From Candidatus Sericytochromatia bacterium (GTDB lineage: Bacteria > Cyanobacteriota > Sericytochromatia > S15B-MN24 > UBA4093): a stretch of 64,000 bases of DNA. Below, one piece after another: positions 58,045-64,000 of the stretch (position 1 is its first letter; each line of letters starts with the position of its first letter). The DNA lies in the NCBI GenBank assembly GCA_036676985.1, contig JAKFBU010000004.1, forward strand, positions 32,001 to 96,000. The letters run 5' to 3'. The position numbers and the translations under genes were made by a program. The notes beneath the pieces are model-generated. The model made no database searches, was not told the origin of the DNA, and worked only from the letters and a program-made list of their open reading frames with translations.

Positions 58045-58965
58045 GTGCTGCAGACGGACATCGTGGCGCGGCTGGCCGAAGAGGCCGATTACCCGCGTCT
58101 TCTCGACATCTTGCGCCAGGGCTGGCCCGGCTCCAACGGCTACCACTCGTCGGTGGCCGACCGGTGGGCCAAGGATTGGCCGGCCATGCTCAAGGACTTC
58201 GACGCCCACGTGCTGGTGGAGGCCGATGGGGTGCTCGTGGGCTTCGCGGGCGTCCAGTTTCACGAGATCTCCTATACGGGCGGGCTCAAACGCGCCCTGG
58301 CGGATCACTTCCTGTCGCAGGCCTGGCCGATGCCGGAGGCGCTGGCCCTGCTCGTGCGGGGCCTCGCACCGTGGGCCCGGGAGCAGGGGGCGGCGCGCCT
58401 GACGTTCAACATGGAGCCCGGCGAGTATCCGGAGCTCGAGGCCTTGCGGGCAGAGGGCATGTTCGCCGAGCGGGCGGCCATGTTCACCTTCGACTTTCCG
58501 GACGAGCCTTTGGATGCGCGGGTGCGGCTCATGCGCCCCGAGGAGCGGCCGCAGGTGGCCGAGATGGGAGCGCGCATCGCGGAGTTCCTGTCGGGGTTCC
58601 GTGGGTCGCTGTGCGCGCTCTCGTTCGAGGAGCTGGTTCGGCTGACGGACAAGGCGTACCAGGACTACGGGGCCACGCGGGAGCATCGGTTCTTCGTGGC
58701 TGAGCGGGACGGGCGGATCGTGGGGTTCTGCTTCACCGTGCGCGAGGCCCCGGACGGGGGGCTGATCTACGACCTCTACGTGGATCCCGCGTACCGGCGG
58801 CAGGGGATCTCGCGGCAGCTGTACGTTCAGGCGTGTTCCTGGCTTCGGCAGGAGGGGGCGCAGTGGCTCACGCTGTCCGTGTTCGTGGATAACGAGCCGG
58901 CGTACAAGGCGTACGAGCAGTGGGGGTTCTTTCCATACTTCGTGGCCTGGGAACTAAACCTTTAA
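58045..58965 (+). CDS. Tandem GNAT acetyltransferase
   Basis: AGGAGG RBS; C-terminal LYVDPAYRRQGI...N.PA...YE.WGF; degenerate N-terminal GNAT domain. Confidence 0.8.
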   Translation: MLQTDIVARLAEEADYPRLLDILRQGWPGSNGYHSSVADRWAKDWPAMLKDFDAHVLVEADGVLVGFAGVQFHEISYTGGLKRALADHFLSQAWPMPEALALLVRGLAPWAREQGAARLTFNMEPGEYPELEALRAEGMFAERAAMFTFDFPDEPLDARVRLMRPEERPQVAEMGARIAEFLSGFRGSLCALSFEELVRLTDKAYQDYGATREHRFFVAERDGRIVGFCFTVREAPDGGLIYDLYVDPAYRRQGISRQLYVQACSWLRQEGAQWLTLSVFVDNEPAYKAYEQWGFFPYFVAWELNL

Positions 58966-58969
58966 TTCG

Positions 58970-59055
58970 GACAGGCACAGAGGCCTGTCCCACCCATGTG
59001 TCCCATCTACCCATTAGATTCGAAGGGTGCAGTGGGACAGGCCTCCGTGCCTGTC
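58970..59055. repeat. REPIN-like inverted REP doublet, family D (GTGG-type)
   Basis: GACAGGCACAGAGGCCTGTCCCAC (58970-58993) and GTGGGACAGGCCTCCGTGCCTGTC (59032-59055); partial copy GGCCTGTCCCACCC near 47739. Confidence 0.8.
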
Positions 59056-59062
59056 AGGTGAC

Positions 59063-59725
59063 CTAGAAGGTCAGCCGCATGCCCGCGATGCTGTTGCCGA
59101 AGAGCGTGGCCTCCAGCCCCCAGAACTTGAAGGCCGCCTCGGGCAAGAGCTGCATCACCGGCAGGTAGATGGTGTGATCCGGCGTCTCGATGGTGAGCGT
59201 CCGGCCGTCATTCGGCGCCCAGCTGGACGAGCCGAACATCCAGGGCAGGCCGCCGTTGCGATCCGCGCCCACGAAGTAGGTGAGGCCGATGGGATAGCGC
59301 AGGATGAACCAGTTGGTGAGCGGCAGGGACAGCAACAGGTAGCCCGTGGCGGCGGCTTGCGAGCCCACCGTGCTCGGGAGGTCGCCCACCCGGGAGTCGG
59401 CCAGCCCATCCACGTGGGAGTTGGGCACGCTCAGACGGCCGCCGATCGCCAGGTTCCAGCCGTCGTGCTTGCCGATCAGGCGCTGGGTGGCGTGGACGCC
59501 AAAGCCGCTCCAGGCGGTGCCGGGGTAGTAGTCGCGGGCGTCGACGCCGATGGTCAGGTGGTCGGTGAGCCCCAGATCGACCGAGAAGGCGCCCGGATCG
59601 ACGCCGATGCCGAGGTGGCCGGCGGTGATGTCGCTGCGAGGGCCGCTGCCGGCGAGGGCCGGCAACGCGCTGCCCAGGAAAAGGGTGGCGGAGAGCAGGG
59701 CTCCGAGGGCGAACTGGCGGCTCAT
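59063..59725 (-). CDS. Exported hypothetical protein, possibly an outer-membrane beta-barrel
   Basis: AAAGGAG RBS; signal peptide ending PALA; alternating beta pattern; C-terminal MRLTF. Confidence 0.6.
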   Translation of the reverse strand: MSRQFALGALLSATLFLGSALPALAGSGPRSDITAGHLGIGVDPGAFSVDLGLTDHLTIGVDARDYYPGTAWSGFGVHATQRLIGKHDGWNLAIGGRLSVPNSHVDGLADSRVGDLPSTVGSQAAATGYLLLSLPLTNWFILRYPIGLTYFVGADRNGGLPWMFGSSSWAPNDGRTLTIETPDHTIYLPVMQLLPEAAFKFWGLEATLFGNSIAGMRLTF

Positions 59726-59821
59726 CGTGATGCTCCTTTCGATCGAGCGGGGCTGAGTATCACGATAAGAGGGAGCGATCACATGATCGCTCACATGGGA
59801 GGACTAACGGGAAAATGGCTG

Positions 59822-59974
59822 AGGAGGACCCCCCCCAGCCCCCCCTCTAGAGGGGGGGAAGCTCTTGGGAAGGGAAGTTACACCCAAGATCCTAAGGAGT
59901 AGCCTTGCTTTCCACCCTCCCATGATCCTTACCCCCCTCTAGAGGGGGGCTGGGGGGGGTCTCCTTATTCCAAA
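59822..59974. repeat. Palindromic REP/MITE-like element, family A, copy 2
   Basis: Colinear with 10446-10632, including the TCTCCTTATTCCAAA end; one internal unit shorter. Confidence 0.85.
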
Positions 59975-59981
59975 AAGGAAT

Positions 59982-60260
59982 CTACGGAACGATCGTCTCG
60001 CCGACCATGTCGACGATGCCGAGCACGGCCGCATGCACGGGGGCCTTGCTGTCCCCGTAAGCCATGAGCGCCGAGCCGCCCTCCTTGACCGCGAGCACCG
60101 TCGCGCCCACGCCCGCCTGGAGCTTGTCCACTGCGAGGAACGGCGCACCCTTCGGCGTCAGATCGTCACCCAGGGGCTGCAACATGAGGACCTTGGCGCC
60201 CTCCAGCCGCTCGTGCTTGAGCGTCGAGTTCATGGTCCCGATGACCTTGGCGAGCAGCAT
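59982..60260 (-). CDS. BMC vertex protein (EutN/CcmL, BMC-P)
   Basis: MLLAKVIG...ST.KH..L.G...AVD...AGVG..VL...G.SA...A.VLGIVD. Confidence 0.9.
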   Translation of the reverse strand: MLLAKVIGTMNSTLKHERLEGAKVLMLQPLGDDLTPKGAPFLAVDKLQAGVGATVLAVKEGGSALMAYGDSKAPVHAAVLGIVDMVGETIVP

Positions 60261-60263
60261 GGC

Positions 60264-60581
60264 CTAGCCCTCCTTCGCGGCGGTCTGGACGCCGTGCAAC
60301 TCGGCGAGGACCTCCAGGTCCACGTCGTAGCGATCGACGATGCCCACGATGCCCGCATCCACCGGAGCGAAGGCGACGGGCAGGGCCAGGGTCGCCTCGC
60401 GGCCCATCACGCAGAAGCCCAGCTCCCCCACGCCGATGCCGATGGAGTCCGTGGCCACCACCGGGTCGCCCTTGCCCTCACCCTTCTCGTCGAGGGGCTG
60501 GACGATCATGAGCTTGACCCCGTGCAGCGAGGGATCCTTCTCCGTGGCGACCAGGGTGCCGATGACCTTGCCGATGAACAC
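60264..60581 (-). CDS. BMC vertex protein (EutN/CcmL, BMC-P)
   Basis: MFIGKVIGTLVAT.K...L.G.KL..VQP...VA.D..G.G.GE...PVDA.IVGIVD. Confidence 0.9.
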   Translation of the reverse strand: MFIGKVIGTLVATEKDPSLHGVKLMIVQPLDEKGEGKGDPVVATDSIGIGVGELGFCVMGREATLALPVAFAPVDAGIVGIVDRYDVDLEVLAELHGVQTAAKEG

Positions 60582-60594
60582 TGGAGCGCTCCTT

Positions 60595-61149
60595 TTAGAA
60601 CACGAAGTGGTTGAGGTCCTCGTGGGGGTTCGCGATGAGGGCCGTCCGGCACAGCATGGCGCCCGGGATGACGTCGCAGGCGTCCTCCAAGGCAGCCTCC
60701 ATGTCCTCGAGGACCCCGGTGAAGGTGAGGAAGGACTTGCCCCCCAGCCCGAAAGGCGCCCGGATCTCGATCAGCTGGACCGGGGCCGTCTTGACCGCCT
60801 TGTCCGCCGCCGCGATCGCACTCGGCAACGAGAAGGTCTCGATGATGCCCAGGCTGTCGAAGGCCGACACGTCCGCCACGCCGTTCAGCGCGGGGGCGAT
60901 CTGCGGGTCGAGGTTGGGGATGAGGATCTGGTCGAGCAGGGTGTCGGCCGCAAGCTCCACGGCGACCTCGAAGGACTCCTGGACCGAGGCCACGTCTCCC
61001 GAGAAGAGCAATAGGAACTTGCCGGGGCTCGTCGTCTGGGCGCGAACGATGCGAATGGGCGCCTTCTTGGCGATCGCATCGGCCACCACGTAGCCCATGG
61101 CGATGGAGCTGAGTTCGAGCAGGCCTATCGCCGGGTGCTGCATCTCCAT
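60595..61149 (-). CDS. Tandem-domain BMC shell protein (PduT-like)
   Basis: AIGLLELSSIA.G...AD...K...PGKF...GD; second domain LGIIET.S...I.AAD.AVK...GLGGK. Confidence 0.88.
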   Translation of the reverse strand: MEMQHPAIGLLELSSIAMGYVVADAIAKKAPIRIVRAQTTSPGKFLLLFSGDVASVQESFEVAVELAADTLLDQILIPNLDPQIAPALNGVADVSAFDSLGIIETFSLPSAIAAADKAVKTAPVQLIEIRAPFGLGGKSFLTFTGVLEDMEAALEDACDVIPGAMLCRTALIANPHEDLNHFVF

Positions 61150-62463
61150 TTAGCCGATCTCCTCGATGACGATCGCCTCGCCAAGCGATTTTACCACGCC
61201 CGCGATGCCCGCATATACGGGTGCGGCCTGAGAATCGGGCGCCGGCCGCGCGACCAGGTGGCCCACCGAGACGCGATCGCCCAGTCGAACCGCCGGGACC
61301 AAGGCCAGTTCAGGCCCTTGAGGCAACGAAAGCTCGATCCGGCGCACCCGCACCTCGCTCGTGTCCAAGGGAGCGACATAGTCGACGCCGTAGAGCCCCA
61401 ACCGCTTCGCCAGCCGGCCGAGGGGCACGCGCCATGCCGTCCGCGGGCCGGCTACTTGCCGGCGCGGCAGGACGGCGTGCCCGAGCGAGGCCTGGACCGC
61501 CTTCACTTCCTGGATGAGCGTGCCGGGCGCAAGCTCCGAGGGGCAGGCGTAGTAGGTGCAGAGTTGGCAGCCCGTGCAGTCGAGCGTGCTCGCGAGCACC
61601 GCCACGGGCGCGTCGAACGGCACGTGCAGGGCGCGCATGACCCGGTGCGGCTCCAGGGAGCCGCCCGCCTGATATACGGGGCAGAGGTCCGTGCAGCGCC
61701 GGCAGGAGTGGCAGGCGCTCTGCGCCCGCCGCAGCTCAACGCGCCGGGGCACGGAGCGCCGCCGGACCAGGAGGTGGTCGGTGGGCAGCACGGCGATGGT
61801 TCCCGTCTGGTGCGTCACATGGCCCTCGAAGCCGGTCGCGAGGTGGCCGCGCAGGGGCCCGCCCACCAACAAGGAGGCCGGGCCCTCGAAGGCAGGACCG
61901 CCCGCCGCCTCGACGAGGCTCTCGAAGGGGGTGCCGACCGGAGCCCAGAGGGTCTTCGGCGCGCGCACCGCACCTGTCACGGTGACCAGGCGCCGCGTCA
62001 CCTTCTGGCCGCGGTGGGCGCCCGCCACCTGGTAGAGGCTCATGGCGTTCAGGAGCACGGTGCTCTCGGGGTCGGCCTCGAGCATGCCGAGAAGCGTCAG
62101 GGCGTCGCCCGCCGGATAGAGGGAGGGCAGCTCGTGCACCTGCACGTGGAACTTGGCGAAGCCGTCCGACCCGATGGCCTTTTCGAGGGCCTGCATGGCC
62201 TCGCGGTCCGCGCGCTTGACGGCCACGACGCCGCGCTTGGCGCCGGTCGCCTGCATGGCGAGCTTGAGGCCGAGGACGACCTCGTCGGCATGATGGATCA
62301 GGAGCTGGGTCTCGACCCGCACCAGGGGCTCGGCGGCCGCTGCGTTCACCACGACCAGGTCCGCGGTGCGGGCGAGCATGCGGTGGACGGGCTCCGCGGC
62401 GTCGCCGTCCACGAGGCCCGCCTCGCGAATCTTGTCCAGCAGCGCCTGCGTCAGGGCCGTCAT
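61150..62463 (-). CDS. PduS/RnfC-like iron-sulfur protein with degenerate flavin/NADH motifs
   Basis: NAA..EPL, YPAGD, VTVTGAV..P, GGP..G, CHSCRRCTDLCP, CTGCQLC...CP; C-terminal sandwich domain. Confidence 0.8.
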   Translation of the reverse strand: MTALTQALLDKIREAGLVDGDAAEPVHRMLARTADLVVVNAAAAEPLVRVETQLLIHHADEVVLGLKLAMQATGAKRGVVAVKRADREAMQALEKAIGSDGFAKFHVQVHELPSLYPAGDALTLLGMLEADPESTVLLNAMSLYQVAGAHRGQKVTRRLVTVTGAVRAPKTLWAPVGTPFESLVEAAGGPAFEGPASLLVGGPLRGHLATGFEGHVTHQTGTIAVLPTDHLLVRRRSVPRRVELRRAQSACHSCRRCTDLCPVYQAGGSLEPHRVMRALHVPFDAPVAVLASTLDCTGCQLCTYYACPSELAPGTLIQEVKAVQASLGHAVLPRRQVAGPRTAWRVPLGRLAKRLGLYGVDYVAPLDTSEVRVRRIELSLPQGPELALVPAVRLGDRVSVGHLVARPAPDSQAAPVYAGIAGVVKSLGEAIVIEEIG

Positions 62464-63245
62464 AGGCCGAGTCTCGCCCAGACCGGGCCGAGGGGCTCGG
62501 AGGCCATGCCTACCGACTCGTAGATGCGGCGCGAGGGCGTGTTGCTCACCTGGGTCGTGAGGCCGAGGCTCGTCGCCCCCGCCTGACCGGCCGCGAAGAC
62601 GGCCTCCTGGAAGAGGATCCGGCCCCAGCCCTGCCGCTGGCGGTCGGGGTGCACGCCCACCGCGCCCAGGTGATAGCAGGGGCCCAGGGGCTGCAGGATG
62701 CTGAAGCCGAAGATCCCGTCCGCGTCCTCGGCCACCTTGACGATGGAGAGGCCGTCGAGGTGGACCGTCATCTCGTTGCGGCCGCGCTGGTAGGGGATTG
62801 GAAAGGAGGCATGATCGAGCGCCAGGAGGGCATCGAGATCGCCCATGGTGGCCCGGCGGATGGCCGGATGGTCCGAACCCGCCTGCAGGGGGTCCATGAG
62901 GTAGTAGAGGAGCTCGTCGACGCGCCCGAAGCCGTAGGGCTCGAGCATGTGGCCCTCGGAGCCCTTGACCACGATGGCGGGTCGGGGGCCGACGACGGCC
63001 AGGAGGCGGGGCAGCTCGCGGTCGAGGGCCTCGGCGAGGGCGCTCTTATCCCGGCCTGCCATGTAGAGGTCCACCAGGTGCTCGTGCACCGGCAGCGCCA
63101 CCAGCATGGCGTCGTCGCCGACGTAGGCATGGCCCGGGTGCTCGCGGGCCGTGGCCTCCATCCAGCCGACCGTACGCGGACCGGCCGTCCCCCCCGCATG
63201 CGGGAGCGACTGCCAGCGCTCGGCAAAGGTCACTTGGTTCGCCAT
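62460..63245 (-). CDS. GNAT acetyltransferase inside the BMC operon
   Basis: GVHPDRQRQGWG...L.TQ.SN..S...YE..G; overlaps both neighbouring genes. Confidence 0.78.
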   Translation of the reverse strand: MANQVTFAERWQSLPHAGGTAGPRTVGWMEATAREHPGHAYVGDDAMLVALPVHEHLVDLYMAGRDKSALAEALDRELPRLLAVVGPRPAIVVKGSEGHMLEPYGFGRVDELLYYLMDPLQAGSDHPAIRRATMGDLDALLALDHASFPIPYQRGRNEMTVHLDGLSIVKVAEDADGIFGFSILQPLGPCYHLGAVGVHPDRQRQGWGRILFQEAVFAAGQAGATSLGLTTQVSNTPSRRIYESVGMASEPLGPVWARLGL

Positions 63246-63664
63246 CCGGACGTCACCACGAACTCGATCGTCTCCAGCACCCAGCGGATGAAACCCTTAC
63301 CCTTGGTCTGGGAGACGAGTACCCGCTGCATCTCGACTCCGTCCAACCACGTGCCCCCGCACCGCGGACACACGTCCACCGCCGCCTCGCCCAGCTGCTT
63401 GGGGCGCGCCCGGCGGAGCGCGACGTCACAGGAGGGGCACTGGGCGGCCCGGCTGACCTGGACAGCCGGGATGCGCAGCTGGGTGTAGTGGTTGGCCACG
63501 TACTCCAGCGTGGGCGATTTGAGGAATTCCGCGAGCTCCCCCCGCTGGAACCAATGCCCCATGCACGCGGGGCAACGGTCCACGGCCGTGGCCCCGAGGT
63601 AGGTTCCTTCCAGGTAGGCGTCCTCGCAGCGGGGGCAACGCCCGTGGCTTTCCAGCAAAGGCAT
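63230..63664 (-). CDS. Double zf-TFIIB zinc-ribbon protein
   Basis: CPRC...VDRCPAC.G.WF..GEL and CPSC...VDVCPRCGGTWLD..E. Confidence 0.8.
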   Translation of the reverse strand: MPLLESHGRCPRCEDAYLEGTYLGATAVDRCPACMGHWFQRGELAEFLKSPTLEYVANHYTQLRIPAVQVSRAAQCPSCDVALRRARPKQLGEAAVDVCPRCGGTWLDGVEMQRVLVSQTKGKGFIRWVLETIEFVVTSGWRTK

Positions 63665-63667
63665 CGC

Positions 63668-64000
63668 CTAGACGATCCGGAAGTTGTCCTTCAAGACGCA
63701 GCGACGCAGGCGGGTGAAGTGCCGAGCCGTCGTCAGCCCCTCGCCCGTGGGGTGGGCGATGGTGAAGGAGGTGGGTCCTTCGCCGCCGAGGCCCAGCCCC
63801 GCAAAGGTCGGTCCGTTCTTGATGAAGATCGCCGTGTCCATCTCACGCGCCATCTTGTGCATGTGATCGACGTTCTTGGAGTGGATGGTGGCCGTGTGGC
63901 CGTAGCCGTGCTCGACCTCCTTGGCCAGCTCGATCGCCTCTTCGATGTCGCGCACCCGCACCAGGGGGATGACGGGCATGAGCTGCTCGGTCCACACCAG
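63668..64000 (-). CDS. BMC-type CoA-acylating aldehyde dehydrogenase (EutE/PduP family), C-terminal part only
   Basis: EQLMPVIP.VRV...EHG..HTA.IHS.N...FIKNGP..AGLG.GGEG..SFTIA.PTGEG.T.AR.FTR.RRC. Confidence 0.9.
   Translation of the reverse strand: MVWTEQLMPVIPLVRVRDIEEAIELAKEVEHGYGHTATIHSKNVDHMHKMAREMDTAIFIKNGPTFAGLGLGGEGPTSFTIAHPTGEGLTTARHFTRLRRCVLKDNFRIV

Noticed and set aside
57199-58686. 495-aa extended aldolase ORF
   Set aside because: The extension is antisense to the GNAT gene. Aldolase homology starts at MPNEFEL (57909).

Overview
This is a high-GC (roughly 65-70% by eye), diderm bacterial chromosome segment with no rRNA, tRNA, CRISPR array, integrase or transposase that I can see. 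The gene mix and frequent GCGATCGC octamers are compatible with a non-photosynthetic relative of cyanobacteria such as Sericytochromatia, but that is inference only. From left to right it contains: a peptide ABC transporter; a stand-alone WYL protein; an operon of four lipoproteins (two Kelch, a subtilase, a HEXXH metalloprotease); a DUF559 nuclease; an Omp85-PD40-metalloprotease fusion; two peptidoglycan-binding repeat proteins; an unannotated CxxU selenoprotein; a PARP-like ADP-ribosyltransferase; a phospholipase D; a CCA-type enzyme; a degenerate glutamate dehydrogenase; sugar kinases; a 1733-aa kinase-AAA-TPR-GAF-GGDEF protein; a porin with a PhnDCE (selenate-type) ABC transporter; pyrimidine catabolism genes; nrfHA; ligA; KGG stress proteins; htrA; ftsH; an orphan m6A methyltransferase; and the distal part of a bacterial microcompartment operon. 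The strongest novelty candidate is a ~150-bp element present four times between 17.5 and 21.8 kb. It reads best as a conserved promoter plus a ~70-nt minus-strand small RNA with an anti-Shine-Dalgarno seed and a GC hairpin, and a fifth related hairpin lies in a nearby 3' UTR. The copies are interleaved with effector-like genes. Four unrelated REP/MITE-like palindrome families are also present, one fused to the 3' end of the DUF559 gene.
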